Of a DNA stretch of 64,000 nt, positions 9,014 to 19,224 are shown in pieces (within the stretch, counting starts at the first letter, position 1; each line of letters starts with the position of its first letter). Source of the stretch: an uncultured Gemmatimonadales bacterium. Its GTDB lineage: Bacteria > Gemmatimonadota > Gemmatimonadetes > Gemmatimonadales > Gemmatimonadaceae. Under the pieces are notes generated by a model. It worked only from the letters and a program-made list of their open reading frames with translations, searched no databases and had not been told where the DNA came from. Both the position numbers and the translations under genes were made by a program. The DNA lies in the NCBI GenBank assembly GCA_963701965.1, contig OY969695.1, positions 864,001 through 928,000 on the forward strand, read 5' to 3'.

Positions 9014-12000
9014 TGATCCGCTTGAAATAATCCAACACGAGCTGGCGATCCTCGGCGCTCAAGCCGCGCAGATCATTCCACGTAGGCTCGCGGAAGCGGG
9101 ATGTGCTCTTGCCCTCGACAGGCGCCGCGCCGGGGTTGAACCCGGGACGGTCGACCGCGGTCTGGGCCTCGCGCTTGCCCGTCGAGTCGCGCTCGTCCTG
9201 CTCCAGGGTGTGGCCGGCGTCGAGCAGCCGGTGGTAGAGGCGTTGTTGGCGGCTGAGCGTGGCCGGATCGGGGCCGCTCCGGGCCATCGCGGCCGCAATC
9301 TCCCGCGCTTCGCGCGCCAGGGCGTCGGCGCGGCCGCTGGCGTCGGCGCCGCCGATCGCATCGAGGGACTGGGCGACGCGGCGCTGACGCTCGGCCAAGG
9401 CCTGGGCATCGGCGCCGGGTTGTCCGCCGGCGCCCGGCACCAGCGACAGACCTTGGGACTGGGCGTTCAGCGCACCTTGCTGCTGCGCCAGCGATTGCAT
9501 CTGTTGGAGCATCTCGGCGAGGCCGGACGCCGATGACGCAGTGTTGGCGCGCTCGCGGTCGCGCACGAGGGCGGCCGCGGCCTGATTGAGCGCGCTGGCG
9601 GCATCGCGCATGGAGTTCGCGGCTTGTTGCGTCATCCCGCTCTGGCCTGACTGTGAGCCGCTCTGCATCTCGCCGGTCGCCTGGCTCACTTTGTTCCGGG
9701 CATCGCTCAAGGCCCGTTGGGCGGCGCCGGAGATGAGCGCCGACTGGCGGCCGGCACCCTGGAGGCGCGAGTTCGCTTGATCCACCCCCTGCTGGATCGC
9801 GCTCTGTTCGCTCTTCATGCTGTTGCCATCGCCGCCGGACTGCGCCTGCTTGGCCAGCGCATCCTCCTGCCGCGCCATTCTGCAGAGTTTCCTGGATGGA
9901 GCGATCGAGCTCGCCCGTCACGGCTTGCTTCCACTCGTTGATCTGGTTCTGACGCGCCTGCCCGAGCTGGTCGGCGGCCTGGGCCATCTCCTGCGCCGCC
10001 TGCTGCGCCGCCTGGCGCTGGTCCCCGGCCTGGCCGGGCTGCGTGCCACCCTGGGTACCGCCGGGCTGTTGGCCGGGCTGCTGACCCGCTTGCTGCCCGG
10101 GTTGCTGACCCGGTTGCTGCCCCGGTTGCTGGCCGGCTTGCTGTCCCGGCTGCGTGCCGGGCTGCGGACCCGGTTGCTGGCCTGGCTGCCGGCCCAGCTG
10201 CTGCGCCGACTGCTGCCCGGGCTGCGCAGCCTGCGGTTGCCCGGCTTGCTGTTGCCCGTCCGGCTGCGGCGACGGCTGGCCAGCTTGTGGTTGGCCCGAC
10301 TGCGGCTGCCCCGGTTGAGGCCGCGGCTGTCCGGACGGCGGCTGACCGGCCGAGCGCTCTTCCGGACCGGGCGGCCGCTGCGCCAGCTGTTGCTGCCGAC
10401 CGCCAGCGCTATCGCCGCGCCCCGCGGCGCGCTCCATGGCCTGCGCCGACGCGTCGACGTGGGGCTGCGCGGCCCCGACTTGGTGCGCGCCCGTCTCCGC
10501 CTTTTCGCGGGCCAGCCGTTTGGAGAGGCTATCCACCTGCCGCGACAGTTCGCGCGATCGATCGGCGAGCGACTTCGCGTCGTTGGGATTTGGCGCGGTG
10601 CGTTGTTGCGCCACGCTGCTGTCTTTGTGGGCCAGATCCCGCGCCTCGTCGTGCAACGTCTGCATGGCGCCTTCCAGCGCCGCGCGCTTGAGGATGTCGG
10701 CGCTCCGCTCCAACTGATCCCGCAGTTTCTGTTGTTCGCGCGCCAGGTCCCCGAGCGATTGCCGCGCGTCGCCGCCTTGCAGCGACTGCGCGCTCTTATC
10801 GAGTTTGTCCAACTCGGCCTTGAGCTCGGGCGTCATCGCATCCCGCAGCAGCTGCTGCGCCTGATGCAGCTGGTTCGCCAGTCCCGTATCCAGCGCGCCG
10901 GCTTGCTTGAGTTGCTGTTCGAGCTGCCTGGCTTGCTGCTCCAGCGCTTTGACTTTGTCGGCGAGTTGCCGCTGCTCTTGGGCCAGCGCCTTCGCCTGCT
11001 CCGCCGACGCGTACGACAGCGGCTGCGCGCCAGACGCGCCGGCGTTGGCGCCACTCGACTGCTGCTGACTCCCGCCGGACCGATTCGCGCCCGCGCGCTG
11101 GCCGCGCGTGCGCGCCGCGTCGTCGGTCCGCTGTTGGAGCGCCCGCTGGGCTTGCGCCACTTGCGCCGCGCCCGCGACCGCCGAGTCGGCCGTGGCGCGC
11201 GCCAGCGCGCGCTCCTCGGTGACGCTCGGCACCCGGAGGATGAGCTCGCGGCTCATGCCGGTCTGATGCCACGGCGACTCGTCGGTGGCGACGGCGATGA
11301 CGTGCATCGCATCGCCCTGCCCGAGCCCGCGCTGGCTCAGATCGAGCTCCGCGCCCCCGCTCCATTGCGCGGGCGATGCCCCGACGATGTTCTGCTCGAT
11401 GACGGGCGAGTTGCTCCACCCATTCCCGCTGCTGTTGGACCGCCACGACCGGACCACGACCGACGCCAGGCCGTGATCGTCCGACGCCGACAGCGCCAGC
11501 GTGATATGCCCGCCCGGCGTCACGATCGTATCGTGCGCCGGCGCGACAATCTCGATCCGGGGCGCCGAGTCGGGGACGACATCCAGCTCGATCGCGGTCG
11601 GGACATCGGCGATGGTGCCCGCCACGCCGCGCGCCGTCCATTCCCAGCGGCCACTCGTCATCGCCCGGAGCGATCCCGAGAAGCGATGTCCATCGACGCC
11701 GAATCGCGTCGTGTCCTTTCCCCGCGCCAGGGCCACGGAGGCCAACTCGGTGGAGGCCCGGCCATCGATCGAGATGCGCGTCCCGATCGGCACGCGCGCC
11801 ACCTCGCCGGCCGGCAGGGCTTCATCCGCGCGCTTGAGGTAGGCTGGGTAGATCGCCCGCAACGCGATACCGCCCAGAAACGGCTTGTCGGTGACGCGGA
11901 CCATGACGGTGTCGCTGGTCGCCCGTCCATCGGCCGCCACCAGTGAGAGATCGGCGTCGACCGGGCCCAGGGCCAGGCGAGCGGCGCCGTCGCTGACCGG

Positions 12001-12696
12001 ATACCATTGCGTCGACCACGGCGCGCCACGCGCGCGCGTGTACACCGCGATCCGGCGCCGGCCCGGCGCCGTCACCCGGACGGTGGTGCGTTCCCCGCGC
12101 AGCACGTCGCCCGGCGCATCGATCCCCAGCGGCGGCAGGAGCGTGCCGCGCCAGGCTCGGACGGGATGCAGCACGGCGCGCCATCCATCCGGCGCGTTGG
12201 ACGCGAGCGCCACGCACGTGACCGCGGCGGCGGCGGCCACGAGGGCCCAGGCCCCCGCGCGCCGGCGCGCGCTCCGCTGGGTCTCCGGCGCGAGCGCCGA
12301 TCCCCCGGAGCGACTGTCCTTGGCCAGACGCGCCACCAGATCGGCCGCGCCGCGGCGCCCAAGGGGGCCCGAGTGCTCGACCTCGAGCGCGCCTTGCAGG
12401 GCGCCAGCCCGGAGCGACCGCTCGCGCTCGATGGTCCGCGAAACCGCCGAGCGGGTGACAGCGCCCCGCAACCAAAAGGTGGTCAGAGCCGTCGCCGCGG
12501 CGATGACCGCGAGCGCGACGGCCCAAACGAAGAACGGCACCGCGGGCGACAGCGCGAGCCATCGCGCGTCACCCAGGAGCGCGACGGCCGCCGCCAGCAC
12601 CAAGGCCACGCCGGCGCACGCCAGCGCGACGCCGTGCGCCGCGGTCGCGCGTCCCAGACGCCCGCGCTCGCGATCGACGAGCTCGGCGACGGTCAC
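8994..12696 (-). CDS. DUF4175-like membrane protein with long Gln-rich coiled coil; frameshift near 9878
   Basis: N-terminal TMs, Ig-like region, DDHGL motif, Q-rich coils, YFKRI tail; frames join as ETLQ-MARQ after removing one base at CATTC 9876-9880. Confidence 0.8.
10020..10350 (-). repeat. Degenerate 12/15-bp tandem repeats encoding QQPG/GQPQ units
   Basis: QPGQQAGQQPGQQPGQQPGQQAGQQPGQQPG in the translation. Confidence 0.85.
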
Positions 12697-13415
12697 GTGA
12701 CGGGGCGGCTGGTCACGGCGTAGACGAACAGGTTCACGCCCATGCGGAGCGCCGCCTCGTGCAAAGCTGGCGGATCGTTGTACGTGCCCACGTCCTCCCA
12801 ACCGTTCCCCAGATCGCTGGAGAACGTGTAGTACACGGCGAGCCGGTTGCCGAGAAAGATGCCGAAGCCGCGCGCGGGTTTGCCATCGTGCTCGTGGATC
12901 TTGGGCACGCCGTTGGGGAAATCGTAGACGATGTGGTAGATCGGATGCGACAGCGGGACGTCGACCAAGGGCCGGTCGGGAAACACGCGCGCGATCTCCC
13001 GGCGGAAGCTCTCGTCGAGACCATAGTTGTCATCGACGTGCAGGAATCCGCCCCGCGTCAGGTAGTCGCGGAGGCGCACGATCTCTTCGTCGCTGAACCG
13101 GATGTTGCCGTGTCCCGTGACGTGCAGGAACGGATAGTCCCACAGACGATCGTCCATGAGCGTGGTGCGCGCCTCGGTGCGTTCCACCTTGAGCGTGGTC
13201 CGCGCCGCGATCGCGGCCAACAGATTCGGCAGGCTGGACGGATTCGCGTACCAATCGCCGCCGCCATCGTATTGCAGGCGGGCGATGGTCAGTCGTGTCT
13301 CGGCGCGGCCCGATCCGTGCCCCGCTCCGCGGAACGCGAAGCCGGTCGTCGCCGCGACCAGCGCGGCCGCCAGCCACCATCGAGCACGATGTCTTCCCGC
13401 CGGGCGATCATTCAC
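12693..13415 (-). CDS. DUF4159 domain protein (exported)
   Basis: ARLQYDGGGDWY, YPFLHVTGHG, GGFLHVDDNYG, DLGNGWED. Confidence 0.88.
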   Translation of the reverse strand: MNDRPAGRHRARWWLAAALVAATTGFAFRGAGHGSGRAETRLTIARLQYDGGGDWYANPSSLPNLLAAIAARTTLKVERTEARTTLMDDRLWDYPFLHVTGHGNIRFSDEEIVRLRDYLTRGGFLHVDDNYGLDESFRREIARVFPDRPLVDVPLSHPIYHIVYDFPNGVPKIHEHDGKPARGFGIFLGNRLAVYYTFSSDLGNGWEDVGTYNDPPALHEAALRMGVNLFVYAVTSRPVT

Positions 13416-14268
13416 GCTGTTCTGTCTCCTCCTCGCTGCGCGACTCGTCGCCGTGCGCGAGACGGTAGGCTCTGTTTCGTGAGACGCCGAACTCCTCGAT
13501 CAAGACACGCGTGATGTCGCGCGCGGGCATCCCTTGCCCGCGCAGAGCGCGGGCCTGGTCCAGGACGGCCGCCTCGTCCACCGGGGGCGGTGCGCCGCCA
13601 TCGACGAGCACGACCACCTCGCCCCGCGGATCCTTCTCCGCGTAGTACGCCGCGAGCGTGTCGACCGTTCCCCGCCGCATCTCCTCGTACTGCTTCGTCA
13701 ACTCCCGCGCCACGACGGCGCGGCGGGCGCCGCCGCCCGCGGCGCTGACGTCCGCCAGTGTATCGGCCACCCGGCCGGGCGCCTCATAGAAGATCGTGAG
13801 GTGCGGGCTCGTCGCAATCTGGACGACGACGCCCGCGCGATCCCGCCCCTTGCGGGGCAGAAATCCCAAAAATGTGAATCGGTCCGCGTCGAGCCCGGCT
13901 GCGACGAGGGCCGCGAGCAACGCCGATGCGCCCGGGACGGGCTCGACCGCGATGCCCGCGGCAATAGCGGCGTGCACGAGGCGCGCGCCCGGATCGGACA
14001 GCACCGGCGTACCGGCGTCGGACACGAGGGCCAGCACCGCTCCGTCCGCCAGCTCGGCGACCAGTCCGGGAGATGTCTTGGCTTCGTTATGCTCGTGATA
14101 GGCCGACGTCGCCGTGCGAATGGCGTAGTGATCGAGCAAGGTCCGCGTATGGCGCGTGTCTTCGCACAGAATGCGATCGACGGTTTTCAAGACGTCGACG
14201 GCGCGCAGGGACAGATCGGCCAAGTTGCCGATCGGCGTGCTCACGACGTAGAGGCGGCCCAGTCCCAT
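13408..14268 (-). CDS. rsmI: 16S rRNA C1402 2'-O-methyltransferase
   Basis: LYVVSTPIGNLAD, CEDTR, SDAGTPVLSDPG, ARELTKQYEE, RGE. Confidence 0.95.
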   Translation of the reverse strand: MGLGRLYVVSTPIGNLADLSLRAVDVLKTVDRILCEDTRHTRTLLDHYAIRTATSAYHEHNEAKTSPGLVAELADGAVLALVSDAGTPVLSDPGARLVHAAIAAGIAVEPVPGASALLAALVAAGLDADRFTFLGFLPRKGRDRAGVVVQIATSPHLTIFYEAPGRVADTLADVSAAGGGARRAVVARELTKQYEEMRRGTVDTLAAYYAEKDPRGEVVVLVDGGAPPPVDEAAVLDQARALRGQGMPARDITRVLIEEFGVSRNRAYRLAHGDESRSEEETEQRE

Positions 14269-14291
14269 GCGGGAATATGTGGCCTTCCCCA

Positions 14292-14328
14292 GACAAAAGC
14301 GGCCGGACGCCCCGCGTCCGGCCGCTTT
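14292..14328 (-). terminator. Rho-independent terminator after trxA
   Basis: Perfect 15-bp stem (14296-14310 with 14314-14328), 3-nt loop, ending in a U-run on the minus strand. Confidence 0.8.
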
Positions 14329-14347
14329 GCCTGAACGATCTATCCGT

Positions 14348-14674
14348 TCACGCCGCGTGCTGCTTGAACTTGGACTCCAACGCCACCTTCGGCACCGCGC
14401 CGACGACCTGGTCGACCAACTTCCCGTCCTTGAAGAACAGGATGGTCGGGATCGACCGCACGTTGAATCGGATGGCGGTGTTCTGATTGCTGTCGACATC
14501 GAGCTTGGCGACTTTCGCCTTGCCCGCGTACTCGATGGCCAGCTGATCGAGGATCGGCGCGATCATGCGGCACGGACCGCACCACGTCGCCCAGAAATCC
14601 ACGACCGCCAACCCCGCATGCTTCTCGATCTCCTTCTCGAAATCCGTGTCCGATACCGCTATCGCGTTCGACAT
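14348..14674 (-). CDS. trxA: Thioredoxin
   Basis: WATWCGPC active site, SIPT. Confidence 0.97.
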   Translation of the reverse strand: MSNAIAVSDTDFEKEIEKHAGLAVVDFWATWCGPCRMIAPILDQLAIEYAGKAKVAKLDVDSNQNTAIRFNVRSIPTILFFKDGKLVDQVVGAVPKVALESKFKQHAA

Positions 14675-14702
14675 CTCACACCCTCGTAGATTTACACTGC
14701 CT

Positions 14703-15110
14703 ATGGCCGACACTTCACGCAGCCCCCGCATCGCGCACATTGGCATCGCCGTGCGCGCGCTCGCCGACTCCTTGCCGTTCTACCGCGACGTGCTGGGACT
14801 CCCCACGGTACCGCTAGACAACGCCGACGGCGCCGACATCGCCGGACTGGCGGCGGGTGAGTCCCTCGTGGAACTGCTCGCCCCACGGGAACCCGACTCG
14901 CCGATCGCCAAGTTTCTGGGCGCGCGCGGGCCTGGTATTCATCACATTTGCTTTGCGGTCGACGACCTGGACGGCGCGCTCGAGCGCTGCCGGGCCGCCG
15001 GCATCCGGCTCGTTGACCAAACGCCCCGCATTGGTGCCGAAGGGAAACGGATTGCGTTCCTGCATCCGAGCGCCACTGGAGGCGTGTTGATTGAACTCAC
15101 CGAGAACTAA
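14703..15110 (+). CDS. mce: Methylmalonyl-CoA epimerase
   Basis: IAHIGIAV, GPGIHHICF, GAEG, FLHP..TGGVLIEL. Confidence 0.9.
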   Translation: MADTSRSPRIAHIGIAVRALADSLPFYRDVLGLPTVPLDNADGADIAGLAAGESLVELLAPREPDSPIAKFLGARGPGIHHICFAVDDLDGALERCRAAGIRLVDQTPRIGAEGKRIAFLHPSATGGVLIELTEN

Positions 15111-15153
15111 CCCCTTACAGGGCTTGGTAGTTCCCGCGTGAACCACTTACGGT

Positions 15154-15666
15154 TCAGTTCGAGTGTTTCTGGCAGAGCGCTTCGATCGGCCGGAGATCGA
15201 CCGTCTCGACGTACCAACGGGACGAAGGCCCCTGAATGGTCGTAACGGTGGTCCCGCGGGTGGTCGATCCCTGGGTCAGCCGCACGGGATACGTCATGCG
15301 GCTACCGGCGGCCGCGCTCGCCGTACCGATGCTATCCGAATCGTGCTTGAGGAAGCACATCATGATCAGTTCGCGCTTCTCGAAATCGTCGTGCCCGACC
15401 ATGTTGCGGAGTGGACCGTTGGTGCCACCCCATACGGCCGAGAACGCCTGGAGATCTTGCGCGCGGGCCGCATCCAGGAAGGCCCGGACGGCGGCGTGGC
15501 CATCGGCGGCGCCGGTCGCGTTGACATCCGTGGGGGCCGGAACGGGCGCGGACATAGGACCCGGCGGATTGGCCGGCGGCGGGCTGGCGGTCCCACCCGT
15601 CCCGCCCGAGGAGCAACCGGCGATCGTCGCCAGTGCTGCGATCCACATGCCCAGGTATGATTTCAC
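15154..15666 (-). CDS. Hypothetical lipoprotein
   Basis: Lipobox IAGC, Pro-rich linker, small NTF2-like-looking domain. Confidence 0.75.
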   Translation of the reverse strand: MKSYLGMWIAALATIAGCSSGGTGGTASPPPANPPGPMSAPVPAPTDVNATGAADGHAAVRAFLDAARAQDLQAFSAVWGGTNGPLRNMVGHDDFEKRELIMMCFLKHDSDSIGTASAAAGSRMTYPVRLTQGSTTRGTTVTTIQGPSSRWYVETVDLRPIEALCQKHSN

Positions 15667-15691
15667 GATGCGAAGCTAGCGAGCCAGTTGA

Positions 15692-16483
15692 ATGCCAGCA
15701 ACCCGACCCCAACCATATCAACGACTTTACATCAACATCGACCACGTCGCCACGCTCCGCCAGGCGCGGCGCGGCGCCGAGCCGGACCCGGTCGCCGCGG
15801 CGATGGTGTGCGAGGACGCGGGGGCCGATGGGATCACGGCCCACCTGCGGGAGGACCGCCGCCACATCCAGGATGCCAATGTCGAGCAGCTCATGGGGGG
15901 CCGGCGCACCGTGTTCAATCTCGAGCTGGCGTGCACCGATGAGATGATCGGGATCGCGGAGCGCCTGCGCCCATTCCAGGCGACCCTCGTTCCCGAGCGC
16001 CGCGAGGAGATCACGACCGAGGGGGGCCTCGACGTCAGCGCCGCTGGCGACCGGATCGCGGTCGCCGTGCGCCGGCTCAAGGCGGCGGGCATCCGGACCA
16101 GCCTGTTCATCGATCCGACCGTGGAAGCGGTCCGGGCATCGCGGGCGGCGGGCGCGGACGCCATCGAACTGCATACGGGTCGCTATGCGGAGAACGGCGA
16201 CGCGGGACCGCTGGTGCGGGCGGCCCGGGAAGGGGCGGCGCTCGGCCTGGCGGTGCACGCCGGTCACGGGCTCACCGTCGGAAACGTCGGACCGGTCGCG
16301 GCCGTCCCCGAGATCGAGGAGCTCAACATCGGACATTCGATCGTGAGCCGGGCGCTGTTCGTCGGTTTGGCCGAAGCGGTGCGCGAGATGCGGGTGGCGA
16401 TGGACCGGGCCCGCTCGTCACTCTCTGGCGGGACCGGGCGGGCTCCATTGGGCGCGGTCGCGCCGGCCGTTCGTCCCGATTAA
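15692..16483 (+). CDS. pdxJ: Pyridoxine 5'-phosphate synthase
   Basis: [40 protein letters not shown]. Confidence 0.97.
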   Translation: MPATRPQPYQRLYINIDHVATLRQARRGAEPDPVAAAMVCEDAGADGITAHLREDRRHIQDANVEQLMGGRRTVFNLELACTDEMIGIAERLRPFQATLVPERREEITTEGGLDVSAAGDRIAVAVRRLKAAGIRTSLFIDPTVEAVRASRAAGADAIELHTGRYAENGDAGPLVRAAREGAALGLAVHAGHGLTVGNVGPVAAVPEIEELNIGHSIVSRALFVGLAEAVREMRVAMDRARSSLSGGTGRAPLGAVAPAVRPD

Positions 16484-16507
16484 CTTCGCGCCGTTGAGAC
16501 TACGCGC

Positions 16508-18184
16508 ATGAGCACGACGCACGATCCGCTGAATTTTTTCACGCTCGAGGCCAGCGAGTGCCTCGAACGGTTGGACGCCATCCTCCACGCGGCGGGTGCG
16601 GATCGTCCGGCTGCCGACGAGTTCGTCCGCGCGGCGCGCACGTTGCGCGGGGCGGCGACCATGCACCGGCTGTCGTCGATCGCCGATCTGGCCGCGGCGC
16701 TGGAGCGGGCCGGGCGCGCGGTGCGGACGGGCGAGTTGCCGTGGGCGGCGCCGCTGGCCGCGGCCCTCGTCGCGGCGGTCGATGATCTCAAGATCCTCGT
16801 GCACAAGGTCCGCTCCTGGAGCGCGACGGAAGACGCGCGCTCGGCGCGGCGCGTCGCGGATCTCGCGCGGTACGTGCCGGCCGGCGTGGACGCGGGCGGC
16901 GCGACGGCCGCGGCCGCGGGCGCCGGGGCCGATCAGTACTTCGCGGCCGAGACGACCGAGATCGCGGTGGCACTGGACGCGTTCACGGCGCGACCCGCGA
17001 CCCGGGGCACGCTGGGTGGGGCCCTCTCCCGGGTGCGCACTTTGCGCGGCGTCGCCGCGGTGCACGATCGGCCGCCCCTCCCCGAAGTGCTCGACGCCGT
17101 GGAGCGCGCCGGCCGATCGATCGAGCTGGACGTCGGGGCGCCCAGTGCGGCGGTCCTGACCTTGCTCATGGCCGCGTCGCAGCTGTTGCGGCGCGTGGCC
17201 GCCGAGCTGCGGGCGGGCAATGCCCGTCATGCGGCGGCGTCCGGCGAGTATCAGCGGTTCCTGAGCGCGCTGGCCGACGTGGAGCGCGTCGCCGAGGCCG
17301 CGGATCGGATCGTGCCGATCGATGAGTTGTTTCACGGCGATGGGTCCAATGGCGTGGTCGACGCGGCGCCGAGCCCGCCGACGACGCCGGCGGAGCGCTT
17401 TCGCCTCGAGGTCGTGAGCCAGGCCGAGCACGCGCGGGCATTGATCGCGGCGGCGGGAGCCGGCGGCCCGCGCGCCGCCGACGAGCTGCGGGCCGCGCTG
17501 CGCGCGATCCGGAATGCGGCGCACAGCTTCGGCGAGCGGGACCTGGCAGCCGCGATCGGGCGGTATGCCGACGGGGCCGAGCGGCAGCTGTTCGGTCCGG
17601 GCGAGCTCCGCGCGGTCGACGAGATCGTGCGCGGGCTGGCCGATACGTCCGCGGATATCCGCGACTTCGCGCCCCGGCCGGTAGACGCGGCGGACGGCGA
17701 AGCCGTGCACGGTCTGGAGAACGAAATCGGGTTGGGGTTCAGCGATACCGCGACGGTTCCCGCAGGATTGGAAACCGATCTTTCGCTGGAGCGCCTGCTG
17801 GGACTGGCCAAGCCGGCGAACGGGTTCGGGAGACCGGACGCCATGCTGACCGCCACGCCGGTCGCCACCCCGGAGAAGAAACCGGCGGCGAGCCCGGGGC
17901 GCGAGCGGACCTCGACGCCGACGGGACGCGAGTTGCACGCGTTCCTCCAGAACGGCATCCAGGAGATCGAGCGTCAGCCCATCGTCTTTGACGACGCGGG
18001 TGACGCCGACGCCGATGACGCCGTGGTGCCGATCGATGGCCTCTTGTATCGCGGCCGGGCCGCGCTCGATCGCGCGCGCCAGTTGCGGGACGAGATTCGC
18101 CGCGCCGAGAGCACGGGCGCCGCGCCCCGTCCCGAGACCCTCGCCGAGCTCCTCGATCTCATCGACCTTGCCGCGACGGCGTAA
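16508..18184 (+). CDS. Tandem Hpt-like (pseudo-Hpt) protein
   Basis: FFTLEASECLERL...ARTLRGAATM; YFAAE...VRTLRGVA; FRLE...LRAIRNAAHSFG. Confidence 0.7.
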   Translation: MSTTHDPLNFFTLEASECLERLDAILHAAGADRPAADEFVRAARTLRGAATMHRLSSIADLAAALERAGRAVRTGELPWAAPLAAALVAAVDDLKILVHKVRSWSATEDARSARRVADLARYVPAGVDAGGATAAAAGAGADQYFAAETTEIAVALDAFTARPATRGTLGGALSRVRTLRGVAAVHDRPPLPEVLDAVERAGRSIELDVGAPSAAVLTLLMAASQLLRRVAAELRAGNARHAAASGEYQRFLSALADVERVAEAADRIVPIDELFHGDGSNGVVDAAPSPPTTPAERFRLEVVSQAEHARALIAAAGAGGPRAADELRAALRAIRNAAHSFGERDLAAAIGRYADGAERQLFGPGELRAVDEIVRGLADTSADIRDFAPRPVDAADGEAVHGLENEIGLGFSDTATVPAGLETDLSLERLLGLAKPANGFGRPDAMLTATPVATPEKKPAASPGRERTSTPTGRELHAFLQNGIQEIERQPIVFDDAGDADADDAVVPIDGLLYRGRAALDRARQLRDEIRRAESTGAAPRPETLAELLDLIDLAATA

Positions 18185-18193
18185 TCCATCGGG

Positions 18194-19224
18194 TTGGCGA
18201 ACGTGAAGCTCGACTGGCGCGGTGCGGCCGGCATCGCGCTCAGCGCGGCGCTGCTGTGGTGGGTCTTCAGCAAGATCCCGTTCCATCAGGTGTGGACCAC
18301 GCTGTCCACGTCGAGCGTGCCGCTGTTCATCGCGGCCGCGTTCACGGCGACGATCTGCGTGCCGATCCGGGCCCGCCGCTGGCGGCCGATCCTCGACCCC
18401 GTCGCGCCGGACCTGCCGCTCGGCTCCCTGTGGCGGGCGACGGCGATCGGCATGATGATCAACAACGTCGTGCCGGTGCGCGTTGGCGAGGTGGCGCGGG
18501 CCTACGTCCTGACGCGCGAGGAGTCGCGGGTGCCGTTTCCCGCCTCACTGGCGTCGCTGGCCGTGGACCGGTTGTTCGATGCGCTGGTGGTGTTGCTCTT
18601 GACCGTGATTCCGATGCTGCTGCCCGATTTCCGAAGAACGCGGTCATCGGTGGGGTATCGGCGGCGCGCACCGCGATCATCGGCACGGTCTTCATGCTGG
18701 CGCTCATGACGGTGTTGTACGCGATCGTGTTCTTTCCGTCGTGGCTGATCGGCGTGTACGAGGCGTTTGCGCGGCGGGTGGCGCCGCGCTTCGAGGAGCC
18801 CGGCCGCCGCGCGCTCACGCATTTCGCCGCCGGTTTGAGCGTGCTGCGGAGTCCCGTGCGCTTCGCCAGCGTGTTGTTCTGGGCGACGCTGCACTGGCTC
18901 TGCAACGGCCTGGCGTTCTGGCTGGGGTTTCTGGCGGTGGGGATCCAGGTCCCGTTCGGCGCCGCGCTCTTCCTCCAGGGCGTGATCGCCCTTGGGGTCG
19001 CATTGCCGGCGGCGCCGGGATTCTTCGGGGTCTTCGAGTTCTTTGGGGTGCTGGGCCTCGGGTTGTACGGCGTGCCCAAGTCGCAGGCGGCGGCGTGGGC
19101 CATCGGATACCATGTCGTTTCGTTCCTGCCGATCACGCTGATCGGCGCCTGGTACTTCGCGCGCATGGGGCTGCATCTCAAGGACGTCAAAGCGGCGGAG
19201 GTCCCGTCGCCGGAGGCGACGTGA
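18194..19224 (+). CDS. UPF0104/lysylphosphatidylglycerol synthase TM (flippase-like) protein; frameshift near 18630
   Basis: RARRW, NNVVPVRVGEVAR, DRLFD, PAAPGFFGVFE; one base missing in tttcc 18628-18632. Confidence 0.82.

Noticed and set aside
10020..10350. CRISPR-like or non-coding repeat array
   Set aside because: In-frame degenerate coding repeats without spacers; no CRISPR array or cas gene seen in the window
9817..11946. Long antisense or alternate-frame ORFs (also 36854-39349, 39398-41491, 16418-18286, 34908-36848)
   Set aside because: Shadow ORFs from high GC and codon bias; no motifs, and they overlap well-supported genes
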